Shown here piece after piece: positions 17,450-25,868 of a stretch of DNA of 64,000 nt. The notes below the pieces were generated by a model. The model saw nothing but the letters and a program-made list of their open reading frames with translations, was not told where the DNA came from and did not search any database. How positions within the stretch are numbered: position 1 is the first letter of the stretch; the number at the start of each line of letters is the position of its first letter. Source of the stretch: Eubacteriales bacterium (GTDB taxonomy: Bacteria; Bacillota; Clostridia; Oscillospirales; CAG-382). The translations under genes were made by a program, and so were the position numbers. The DNA lies in the NCBI GenBank assembly GCA_045536535.1, contig JAZSNS010000019.1, positions 18,826-82,825 of the forward strand, written 5' to 3'.

Positions 17450-18164
17450 TCCCAAGGCGTTGCAAAAACTCATGTCATTCACTCGGCGCGCTGTTGAGAA
17501 ATATGACATGATTGAAGACGGTGACAGAATCGCTGTCGGCGTTTCGGGCGGCAAGGACAGCCTTGCTCTGCTTTGTGCGCTTAACGGACTCAAAAGATTT
17601 TATCCCAAAAAATTCGAAATCGTTCCGATAAACCTGAAAATGGGATTCCCGAATGAGGACGATTCGGTCTCGCGCAGTCTTTGCGAAGAATTGGGGCTTG
17701 AACTCAAAACCGTCGGAACGGGCGAGATATATCAGGTTGTTTTTGAGGTCAGAAAAGAAAAACACCCATGCTCGCTTTGCTCAAACATGCGTCGCGGCGG
17801 ACTTCATAACGCGGCGAAGGAACTCGGTTGCAACAAACTTGCGCTCGGGCATCATTTCGATGATGCTGTTGAAACGATAATCATGAATTTATTTATCGAG
17901 GGGCGGTTTGATTGTTTCCGTCCCGTCACCTATCTTGATCGAAGCGACATGACTGTCATTCGACCGTTGCTTTATGCTCCCGAAAAGGAAATTTCTCATT
18001 TTGTCCGCGCGAGCGGAATAACTCCCGTTCCGAAAAATTGTCCTGCCGACGGCAATACCCGCCGCGAGCAGGCAAAGAACGCGCTTGCCGAACTTGAACG
18101 CAACGATCGCGGCGTGAAACAGCGTGTTTTTAATGCGTTTTTCGAGAAATATGATAAAGAATAA
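17442..18164 (+). CDS. PP-loop ATPase, tRNA 2-thiocytidine synthetase TtcA-like
   Basis: PP-loop VGVSGGKDS, followed by CSLCSNMRRG and a CPADG Cys pair. Overlaps nth by 8 nt. Confidence 0.78.
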   Translation: MIDPKALQKLMSFTRRAVEKYDMIEDGDRIAVGVSGGKDSLALLCALNGLKRFYPKKFEIVPINLKMGFPNEDDSVSRSLCEELGLELKTVGTGEIYQVVFEVRKEKHPCSLCSNMRRGGLHNAAKELGCNKLALGHHFDDAVETIIMNLFIEGRFDCFRPVTYLDRSDMTVIRPLLYAPEKEISHFVRASGITPVPKNCPADGNTRREQAKNALAELERNDRGVKQRVFNAFFEKYDKE

Positions 18165-18190
18165 ATCAAAAAAGAGAAAGGGAAAGTCAC

Positions 18191-19228
18191 ATGAAAAAAG
18201 CGTTATCTTTCATTCTTGCCGCAGTAATGCTCTGCGCGATGCTTGTCCTGCCTTCTTCGGCGGCGGACAACGTTAATTATCAAGAGGAATTTTGGTATGT
18301 CAAAACTGCTCCGAAGATCGACGGTGTCGTTAAAACGACGGAATACGGCCCCATTTTTCCCAATGATACCGAAAAGCCGATGGGAAGTATCCCCGCCCAC
18401 CTCGCTGACAAGACTCATCTCGTTATCGACAAAGTGAACAGCCCGATAACCGGAGAAGATTCGATGCTCATAACAGATATATCGGGAATCTACAATTATA
18501 ATCTGGATTGGGCATATTGTATGCTTTTGGAACCCATTTATTACGGATCGAGTGTTTATAGACTTATTGATATCTCGTATCCGACGGGCTACGTTCCCGC
18601 TTTCGATACGGAATTCGTTCAAGGTATGCTCATCGTTGCGGTCCATTCCGACGGACAGCAAGCAGGGGCGGATCGCGCAAATCTTGCAAAATCCATCCCG
18701 GTAGGCACCACGTTCGGGCTTTGGGAGATCGACCTCAACAACGACGATACAAATTATAAAAACTCCTCGATCTATGTTATCGACAGACCCGATATTGAAG
18801 GCGGTGTTGTTGATCCCGACGTATCAATGCCCGACACCGAAGACGTTTCGGACGACGTTTCGGACGACGTTTCGGACGATGTTTCGGACGACGGCTCGGT
18901 CGATATGAGCATCGTAATCCGTCCCGACACTTCGTTCGATAGCGACGCTGTAAAGGGCGAGACCGTTTTCGGTGAAGGCATCACTGAAAACGCAGAATCC
19001 ATTTCAGGCAAAACAGGCATTCCTGTCTTGGCCGTTATTGTGATCATCGTAATTTTGCTTCTCCTCTTCCTCGCAGTTCTGCCTTTGGTCATTGTTATCG
19101 TTATAATTATCGTCATCGTCAAAATCGTCAAGAAAAACAAAGCGAAGAAAGCGGCGGCGTTGGCGGCGGCAGAGGCTGAGGCTTATGAACCCGTTCAAGA
19201 AAACCCGACCGAAAGCGAAGGCGAATAA
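18191..19228 (+). CDS. Secreted, C-terminally membrane-anchored protein with a (DVSD)n acidic repeat
   Basis: Signal peptide MKKALSFILAAVMLCAMLVLPSSAA. The ectodomain is collinear with the 1067-1795 module. DVSD occurs 4 times, followed by a long TM and a KKNKAKK tail. Confidence 0.7.
   Translation: MKKALSFILAAVMLCAMLVLPSSAADNVNYQEEFWYVKTAPKIDGVVKTTEYGPIFPNDTEKPMGSIPAHLADKTHLVIDKVNSPITGEDSMLITDISGIYNYNLDWAYCMLLEPIYYGSSVYRLIDISYPTGYVPAFDTEFVQGMLIVAVHSDGQQAGADRANLAKSIPVGTTFGLWEIDLNNDDTNYKNSSIYVIDRPDIEGGVVDPDVSMPDTEDVSDDVSDDVSDDVSDDGSVDMSIVIRPDTSFDSDAVKGETVFGEGITENAESISGKTGIPVLAVIVIIVILLLLFLAVLPLVIVIVIIIVIVKIVKKNKAKKAAALAAAEAEAYEPVQENPTESEGE
18842..18901 (+). repeat. In-frame 12-nt tandem repeat (GACGTTTCGGAC, 4 copies plus one degenerate copy)
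   Basis: gacgtttcggac gacgtttcggac gacgtttcggac gatgtttcggac gacggctcggtc, encoding DVSD repeats. Confidence 0.9.
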
Positions 19229-19287
19229 TAAGTCATTCTTTAACAATCCCCCTCAATAACTCCTCGAACGAAAAAGGAGAAAAATCC

Positions 19288-20859
19288 ATGAAAAAGTTTT
19301 TATCTGTTCTGATCGTATCCTTGATGATATTTGCGCTTGTGCCTTTCGCGGCGTCCGCCGAGAGCGTTGACGTTATTGTTGCGGTCGCCGACGGCGGAAG
19401 CGTTGAGGCAAACGGCGTTGAGATTTACGGCGGCGAATCGGTTGTTTCGGTCACGAACGGAACGCTTAACTGTGTTTCGACTTCTTATGATACATCCAAG
19501 GTCGTCAGAGCGTTTGTTAACGGCGAGGAAATCCCGGCACCGAACGGAGAGTTCTCTGTCAACAACGTCACATCAGCAACGAGAGTTTATGTTGCGTTTG
19601 CCTATCTTTATGTCGACGATATGGGCATTGAAATCGATGATGTCGATTGGACCGCCGAGAATATCGTTATTCCCGTGAGTTCTTCCGAGCCTGTGGTCGA
19701 CGAGGTTTTTCATAAAATCGCTGCGATTCCCGAAGGGAAGTTTGTCGAATTCAAAAGCGCGCTCGGCAGCATTTTCATACCTACCGGCAGGCTCATGTAC
19801 TTCGTCGAAACTTCTTATATGAACGTCGGCGATATTGTCGGCGGAAACCGTTATGAGAACATCAGATCGGCGATGCAGCTTCGCGGTGAAGAAAACACGA
19901 ATTTTGCGGCTTTCGGTTTTCTTGCGTCCTGCGTTTTCCCGAGCGGAACCGAGGTTTCTTTCAACCTTGGTGAAAAATACGCAAATTCGACAACTCAGGT
20001 CTTTGATTACGACGACGATTTGAAATATGTTTATTCAAAAGCCGAGGTCGGCGTTTCGGAAACCGGCGTAACGGAAAGAATCGTTTATGATAACGAATCG
20101 GTTCTTGTGTGTGCCCTTAACGAGGCGATCAGATACAGTATCTATATTTCGGCCAACGGAGAGGGCGGAAGCGTTTCTCCCGAAGGCGTTCAGAGCGTCA
20201 TTTATAAAGACTCTCTTGAAGTTAACGCCAAGGCGGACGAAGGGTTTGTTATAAAGAGAATCCTTGTTGACGGCGCGGAAATCGAGATCGAAAAAAATCT
20301 TACCGATTACACCCATTCGTTTTCGGAAGTCGAAGCTAATCATACCTTTTCGGTCGAATTTAAAGAGAAAGAAGCAGAACCTGTGACGATCATCGTCAAC
20401 GTTGACGATGATATCGACGTTGATCCGACGGATGAGTCGAAAACCGAATTAAGACCGATCGCGATATTTTTGATCATTGTCGGTGTTCTTCTCTTGCTCT
20501 TTGGGTTGCTGATTATAATAATCGTTATCATCATCGTTGCGATGCGCAAAAAGAAGAAAAAACGCGAACGTCTTGCGGCAGAAAACGTTGCGGCGGCAAA
20601 TGTTGCGCCGGCGGCAGGCGCCGCGGAAGAAAACGCGGAAAATTCAAATCCGGAGATCGTTGAAGGTTCTGTTGCCGATGATGCCGTTTGCGCGGCCGCG
20701 GCAAAAGACGCGTCCGAATGCGCTGATGAATCCGACGGCGCAAACGACGAAGCGCCTGCCGTTGCGGCAGACGTGTCCGAATTTAAATTCTGCTCGAACT
20801 GCGGAACAAAACTCGAACCCAACAGCGAGATTTGCCATAACTGCGGAAACAAGCAATAA
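19288..20859 (+). CDS. Bitopic surface protein: signal peptide, repeated beta-modules, TM, and a cytoplasmic tail ending in a zinc ribbon
   Basis: Signal peptide MKKFLSVLIVSLMIFALVPFAASA. Two ..GGSV....F modules sit near the ends of the ectodomain. TM IAIFLIIVGVLLLLFGLLIIIIVIIIV is followed by KKKKKR. C-terminus FCSNCGTKLEPNSEICHNCGNKQ. Confidence 0.72.
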   Translation: MKKFLSVLIVSLMIFALVPFAASAESVDVIVAVADGGSVEANGVEIYGGESVVSVTNGTLNCVSTSYDTSKVVRAFVNGEEIPAPNGEFSVNNVTSATRVYVAFAYLYVDDMGIEIDDVDWTAENIVIPVSSSEPVVDEVFHKIAAIPEGKFVEFKSALGSIFIPTGRLMYFVETSYMNVGDIVGGNRYENIRSAMQLRGEENTNFAAFGFLASCVFPSGTEVSFNLGEKYANSTTQVFDYDDDLKYVYSKAEVGVSETGVTERIVYDNESVLVCALNEAIRYSIYISANGEGGSVSPEGVQSVIYKDSLEVNAKADEGFVIKRILVDGAEIEIEKNLTDYTHSFSEVEANHTFSVEFKEKEAEPVTIIVNVDDDIDVDPTDESKTELRPIAIFLIIVGVLLLLFGLLIIIIVIIIVAMRKKKKKRERLAAENVAAANVAPAAGAAEENAENSNPEIVEGSVADDAVCAAAAKDASECADESDGANDEAPAVAADVSEFKFCSNCGTKLEPNSEICHNCGNKQ

Positions 20860-20881
20860 ATCCAAAGAGAATGTAAAATTT

Positions 20882-21934
20882 ATGAAAAAGATAACTGCTG
20901 TAATTATAACCGTTGTTGCCGTTCTTGCGCTTGCCCTTCTTCCGACGTTGGCAAGCGTCGAGAGCGATATGAAGAATGCGGTCGGGAGCGAAAATTCGGC
21001 CGCCGAGTTTAAATTGAATATCAATGCGCCCGATACGTACAAAGCGGGGGAAACCGTCAACGTTTCGGTTACGGTCGACAGCATCACCCATCAAGGCGGA
21101 CTGACCTCGGTCGAATTCGAGTTCGTTTATGACAAGGACAAACTTGTTCTTAAAAACGAAGCCGACAGCGAAAACGCGCTCGACTGCATCAAAAAACAGC
21201 CGAACGACGATTGGGAAAATCTCACGAGCGCCGACAGAACAAACGGCGTGATAAACTGCTCGTTGCTCACGATGGGTTTTGAAGAAAGTGCTGCGAAAAA
21301 CAACGGCGACGTTACATTTTCCTTTGATTTTGAGGTGAAATCCGATTCGGTCGGAGATATCGGTTTTTACATAGAACACAAAACCGTTTACGGCAGTTTG
21401 AACGTTGATCGGACCATTGAAGATTTCGTCGGCAACGGCGGTTATGCCGTTATGACTGAATTTGTAAATCAGGAAAGTTCCGAAACGGAATCTTCAAACA
21501 CCGAAAATTCAAAAGAGGACACCTCTTCGGGCGTTTCGAGCGAAGGCTCTGAGAATTCAAACGCGAGCAACACTTCTTCATCCGCCCCCGAAAGCTCCTT
21601 GAACTCCGACCCTGAAAGTTCTTTGAGTTCCGAACCCGAAACGTCGGTCGGAACCTCTCAAAATTCCCAACAAAGCCATGACTCTCGCCCCGAATTCCCC
21701 TGGAACGGAAACACCGACGATTCAAAACCCTTCTCGCCGAGCGCTTGGTCATCCGACGAAAGCGATGCGGTTGAAGAAAAGAACGGGCTTCCCGATTTCG
21801 TCATTCCGGTCATGATCATTGGTGCGATAGTTCTCGTTATCGTCATAGCGGTCATCGTTATTTTTGCGCTTGAAAAGAAAAAGGAGCGCGATGCGCTCGA
21901 CGAAATAAAAGACGAGATCGAAAACGAAAGATAA
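20882..21934 (+). CDS. Membrane-anchored protein with a cohesin-like domain and a Ser-rich linker
   Basis: True start MKKITAVIITVVAVLALALL at 20882; listed ORF 20537-21934 is a 5' over-extension running through the upstream gene. Cohesin-like pattern KAGETVNVSVTVDSITHQGGLTSVEFEFVYDKDKLVL...GDVTFSFDFEVKS, then an S/E-rich linker and a C-terminal TM. Confidence 0.65.
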   Translation: MKKITAVIITVVAVLALALLPTLASVESDMKNAVGSENSAAEFKLNINAPDTYKAGETVNVSVTVDSITHQGGLTSVEFEFVYDKDKLVLKNEADSENALDCIKKQPNDDWENLTSADRTNGVINCSLLTMGFEESAAKNNGDVTFSFDFEVKSDSVGDIGFYIEHKTVYGSLNVDRTIEDFVGNGGYAVMTEFVNQESSETESSNTENSKEDTSSGVSSEGSENSNASNTSSSAPESSLNSDPESSLSSEPETSVGTSQNSQQSHDSRPEFPWNGNTDDSKPFSPSAWSSDESDAVEEKNGLPDFVIPVMIIGAIVLVIVIAVIVIFALEKKKERDALDEIKDEIENER

Positions 21935-21949
21935 TTTGATCCTGCATCA

Positions 21950-21984
21950 AACCCGAGCGATTTTAACGTCGCTCGGGTTTTTTG
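21950..21984 (+). terminator. Rho-independent terminator
   Basis: 11-bp stem AACCCGAGCGA/TCGCTCGGGTT followed by TTTTT. Confidence 0.8.
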
Positions 21985-22241
21985 TTGACGTTCAAACGTT
22001 GTTTCCGAGAAAAAAGCAAAAACGCAAAAACCCAATATATAGAGAGTGAATAAGTTCAAACCGCATTCTGTGGGACTTGACAAGGTGTGATATAATAGTA
22101 TTCGGGTTAACTTGCGCCATTGGCAGAAATTGGTTTTTTGTCAAAAAGCAGGAATGTTTTCCGAGGATGTCGCATATAATATCTTGGTATAAACTGTTAA
22201 TTCGAGCGGCTTCCGAAAAAATTTAAGGAGAGAATTTATCT

Positions 22242-22733
22242 GTGAAGAAATTTATCATTCCGCTTGTCATCGTTGCGCTTTGTCTTGCGTTGATTCCCGT
22301 TGCGGCGATGAACACGTTTGCGGAGGGTGGTTCTGACGAGGTTTCTATCCCCGACAACACGCTTATTGATTACGGTTATCTTAAAACCTTTAAAGAACAG
22401 CTCAGGCAGGAACTCATCGAAGAACTTACTGCTTCGGGCGGAATTACCGTCAACACCACTTATGAAGACGTTTCCTTGAAGGAAGGTCAATTCATAATAC
22501 TTTCGCCCGACAGCGAAGTCATCTATCGCGGCGGCGGCGCGGTCGTTATTTCCTCGTCGAACGCCGAGAACGAAGGCATTACCGATATGTCAAAAGGCAC
22601 CGAACTTTTTTCGGGTGAGTCTTTGGAATACGGACATATCTATTACGCATCGGCGACCGAATCAAAAAAAGCAGTGCTCGTCACAGGCAGCAAGGCATAT
22701 TTTACGGTAAGGGGAAGTTATGAGATCGTTTAA
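22242..22733 (+). CDS. Secreted hypothetical protein
   Basis: GTG start preceded by AAGGAGAG. Signal peptide KKFIIPLVIVALCLALIPVAAMNTFA. Overlaps the next gene by 14 nt. Confidence 0.6.
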   Translation: MKKFIIPLVIVALCLALIPVAAMNTFAEGGSDEVSIPDNTLIDYGYLKTFKEQLRQELIEELTASGGITVNTTYEDVSLKEGQFIILSPDSEVIYRGGGAVVISSSNAENEGITDMSKGTELFSGESLEYGHIYYASATESKKAVLVTGSKAYFTVRGSYEIV

Positions 22734-24348
22734 GCCCTGCCGTTTCATCGGTTTCGCGCTGGCATTCGTATTCTGCTTCGGCGCGGCGGTAACGCCTTTC
22801 GGCACAACCACTTTTGCAAAATCGGACAGTTACAAAGAACCTAACGTTCAGGTCGGAATGTATGTTTCGACTCCTTTGCTTGACACAAAACGTTTTTCCT
22901 CGAAGAACGTTTCGTCGAGCGGTTTTGAGATCGGATATGTTTCCGGTGAAAGTTTCAAACTTCTTCATTCGCTCGATAACAAATCAATAATTTTGATTCC
23001 GCAGGTCAATGCGAATTTCAACGGCGGCAACGTTAAGGCTGACTCCAACGGCGATATCGGCGCATACAGCGCGGTCATGGGCAGTTATCAAAGCGCGTCG
23101 AGTGCATTTTCCGCCGCAAAAAGTTCGGGCGGATTCGTCGCTTTCGTAAAGGGCGGTTATGAGGTCCGCAAATTCGCTTCGGTCACTGCCGAAAAGGCGA
23201 AAAAGGCTTCAAACGGCAGAGAGATCGCTTCGCCCGTTTCGGGTGGCTTGACGGTTCTCGATGCCGAAAACGGCAAGATACTCTTCACCTTTGAGGATTC
23301 TTCGCACAAACTTGCGATCCGCGCAAAGAACGGCGGAACGGTCAATCTCCCCATGAAACACCGTTCGGGAAGCGAAAACAGTTACGATTATCGCGGTATT
23401 TTTGTTTATTCGGTTTCGGGCGGATTGCTCCAAATGGTCAATATTCTCGGTTTGGAGGAATATACCCGTTGCGTAATGGCGAACGAAATCGGCACGAACT
23501 TCTCGGTCGAGACCCGCAAGGCTTTTGCGGTTCTCGCGCGCACGGTCCCGCTTAACAGCAAACATTCAAAACTCGGGTTTGACGTTTGTTGCAACTCTGC
23601 TTGTTGCCAGGTCTATTACGGAACCTACCGCATGAGCGAGGCAAACAACAAGATCGTCGATGCAACTCGCGGACTTGTCTGTACCTATCAGGGTGCACCT
23701 ATTACCGTTCTTTATCATAACTCAAACGGCGGCGCAAGTTGTTCGTCGGTTGCGGCTTGGGGCGGTGTTGAAGTTCCTTATCTTACCACCGTTTTCCAAG
23801 AGGAATTTGAAGACGGCGACAAATGGGAACGCGTTTACACAAAGCAAGAATTTTTTGAATATATCCGCTCGCGCAACGCTTTTTCTTCGTTGAGCGACGA
23901 TGAAATTTCGATGAAGATTCTCGGCAAAGATCCTTACGGCTCGGATTATATCACCGTTCTCTCGGTCAGTGACGGAAAAGGCAACACAGTCACCGTTGAA
24001 ACCAGCGAAGATATCCGCGCGGCGTGCGGATTCACCAGCGCGAATTTCGAGATTGAATACAGCGTTGAAATTCCTGTTCTGTCCTCGGACGGAAAGGTCG
24101 AGACCCGACCGATCAGCGGCGTTCTCACCGCCGAAGGTTACAAACCGTTTGAAGGCTTCGGCGACGGCGTGAAAACCGCCCAAGGCGTTGAATACAAAGC
24201 AGAAAAGATCGCGATCAAAGGCTCGGGCGTCGGTCACGGCGTTGGATTCTCGGCAACGGGAAGCGAAAAACTTTCGCAAGACGGATATAGTTATAAATAT
24301 ATCCTCACTTTCTTCTTCAACGGCACAAAACTTGAATATGCAAAATAA
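22720..24348 (+). CDS. SpoIID/LytB domain-containing secreted protein
   Basis: LEEYTRCVMANEIG...ETRKAFAVLARTV...CCNSACCQVYYG...YHNSNGG motifs typical of the SpoIID/LytB amidase-enhancer domain. An N-terminal signal is present. Confidence 0.8.
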   Translation: MRSFKPCRFIGFALAFVFCFGAAVTPFGTTTFAKSDSYKEPNVQVGMYVSTPLLDTKRFSSKNVSSSGFEIGYVSGESFKLLHSLDNKSIILIPQVNANFNGGNVKADSNGDIGAYSAVMGSYQSASSAFSAAKSSGGFVAFVKGGYEVRKFASVTAEKAKKASNGREIASPVSGGLTVLDAENGKILFTFEDSSHKLAIRAKNGGTVNLPMKHRSGSENSYDYRGIFVYSVSGGLLQMVNILGLEEYTRCVMANEIGTNFSVETRKAFAVLARTVPLNSKHSKLGFDVCCNSACCQVYYGTYRMSEANNKIVDATRGLVCTYQGAPITVLYHNSNGGASCSSVAAWGGVEVPYLTTVFQEEFEDGDKWERVYTKQEFFEYIRSRNAFSSLSDDEISMKILGKDPYGSDYITVLSVSDGKGNTVTVETSEDIRAACGFTSANFEIEYSVEIPVLSSDGKVETRPISGVLTAEGYKPFEGFGDGVKTAQGVEYKAEKIAIKGSGVGHGVGFSATGSEKLSQDGYSYKYILTFFFNGTKLEYAK

Positions 24349-24352
24349 AAAA

Positions 24353-24376
24353 ACCGCCCTTTGTGGGCGGTTTTCT
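24353..24376. terminator. Bidirectional Rho-independent terminator
   Basis: ACCGCCC-TTTGT-GGGCGGT flanked by an A-run and a T-run, between convergent genes. Confidence 0.78.
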
Positions 24377-24381
24377 TTGTT

Positions 24382-24966
24382 TTATTCAAAAATCCAATTC
24401 GGCTTTATGCCATGCTCGTTAAGGAAAGCATAGACCTGCCTGACGGGAAGCCCGATAACGTTGAAGAAATCGCCCTCGACGCGGTCAACGAAAAGGCAAG
24501 CGCGTTCCTGAATCGCATATGCTCCTGCTTTGTCATAACATTCATTCGTTGCGATGTAAGAATCTATCTCGCTGTCGGTCAGTTCTTTGAAAAAGACCTT
24601 TGTTTCGCAAACCCCCGAGCTTTCACCCAAACCGCTGACAACGGCAAAACCTGTCAAAACCTCGTGAACACTGCCCGAAAGGTTTTTGAGCATCTCTCTT
24701 GCGCCCTGTTCTCCGTCCGGTTTGCCGAGAATTTTATCGCCGAGACAAACGACGGTATCTGCGCCGAGAATCACGCTTTCGCTGCCCGAACGCGCAAAAA
24801 CCTCGCGCGCTTTCAAAAGCGCGTTGATACGCACAAGGTCAGCGGCAGACGAACCGTCTGTGATTTCTTCCGCGCATGAGGGAACGACCTCATGGTCATA
24901 CCCTGCGAGAGTCAAAAGTTCGCGTCTTCTCGGCGAGGCGGAAGCGAGGATCAGTTTTTTGTTCAT
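24382..24966 (-). CDS. maf: Maf-like nucleoside triphosphate pyrophosphatase (septum formation protein)
   Basis: LILASASPRRRELL N-terminus and AGAYAIQ motif. Confidence 0.9.
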   Translation of the reverse strand: MNKKLILASASPRRRELLTLAGYDHEVVPSCAEEITDGSSAADLVRINALLKAREVFARSGSESVILGADTVVCLGDKILGKPDGEQGAREMLKNLSGSVHEVLTGFAVVSGLGESSGVCETKVFFKELTDSEIDSYIATNECYDKAGAYAIQERACLFVDRVEGDFFNVIGLPVRQVYAFLNEHGIKPNWIFE

Positions 24967-25058
24967 ATATTTTATCTCCCGTTCAAAAAAGCCTTGATTA
25001 TTTTAATATATTATATTATAATTCTAAATTATTGAAAGTAAATATTCAAGGTGAAAAA

Positions 25059-25853
25059 ATGAAAATATCGGTAGAAAATTTCAAAAGAGTCGTTGTTAAA
25101 GTCGGAACTTCAACCCTGACTCACGGCTCGGGATATATAAATATTCGCAAGGTCGAAAAACTCGTGACATGCCTTGCCGACCTGCACAACAGCGGCAAAC
25201 AGATCGTTCTTGTTTCGTCGGGTGCGGTAAGCTGCGGTCTTGCCAAGATCGGTTTTGACCGCGCAACGTTGACCACCGAGCAAAAACAGGCCGCTGCCGC
25301 TGTCGGTCAGTGCCAACTTATTGATATGTATGCGCGTCGCTTTGCCGATCACGGCGCAACGATCGGACAGATTCTGCTCACCAGAAGCGTTATCGACGAT
25401 AAAGAACGCCGCGCTCATGCAAGCACAACGCTCGAACTTCTTCTCGGTCAGGGTATTATTCCGATCGTTAACGAAAACGACACCCTTTCAAACGAGCAGA
25501 TCAAAATCGGAAGTAACGATACCCTTGCCGCAACGGTCGCAAGGCTTTGTAACGCCGATCTGCTGATTAATATGACGGACATCGACGGTCTTTACGACGG
25601 CGATCCCAGAATTAACGAAAACGCGAAATTCATCGAGTTTGTTCCCGAGGTGACCGATGCTATCTTTTCCTACGGCGCGGGCGCGGGTACTGCTCGCGGT
25701 ACGGGCGGCATGGCGGCGAAACTCGAAAGCGCGAAATATGTCACCGAGCGCGGTATCCCGATGATTATTATCAACGGCGCCGACCCCGAAATTCTTTATG
25801 ACGTGTTTGACGGCGATTTTGTCGGAACCTATTTCGCCGCAAAAAACAAATAA
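25059..25853 (+). CDS. proB: Glutamate 5-kinase (no PUA domain)
   Basis: Start MKISVENFKRVVVKVGTSTLT at 25059; the listed ORF start at 24876 is an over-extension. LVSSGAV and NENDT motifs present. Confidence 0.92.
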   Translation: MKISVENFKRVVVKVGTSTLTHGSGYINIRKVEKLVTCLADLHNSGKQIVLVSSGAVSCGLAKIGFDRATLTTEQKQAAAAVGQCQLIDMYARRFADHGATIGQILLTRSVIDDKERRAHASTTLELLLGQGIIPIVNENDTLSNEQIKIGSNDTLAATVARLCNADLLINMTDIDGLYDGDPRINENAKFIEFVPEVTDAIFSYGAGAGTARGTGGMAAKLESAKYVTERGIPMIIINGADPEILYDVFDGDFVGTYFAAKNK

Positions 25854-25868
25854 ACGGAGTGAATCAGA

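Noticed and set aside
20537-20881. 5' over-extensions of listed ORFs: 20537 (cohesin-like gene), 24876 (proB), 32484 (nfnA), 34935 (dockerin glycosidase), 37885 (LMW-PTP), 41454 (lipoprotein), 16042 (RnfC-like), 9557 (DUF1294) and 7535 (rimI).
   Set aside because: In each case an internal ATG/GTG/TTG with a proper Shine-Dalgarno sequence coincides with the expected family N-terminus or signal peptide. The upstream extension overlaps another gene, a promoter or a repeat array.
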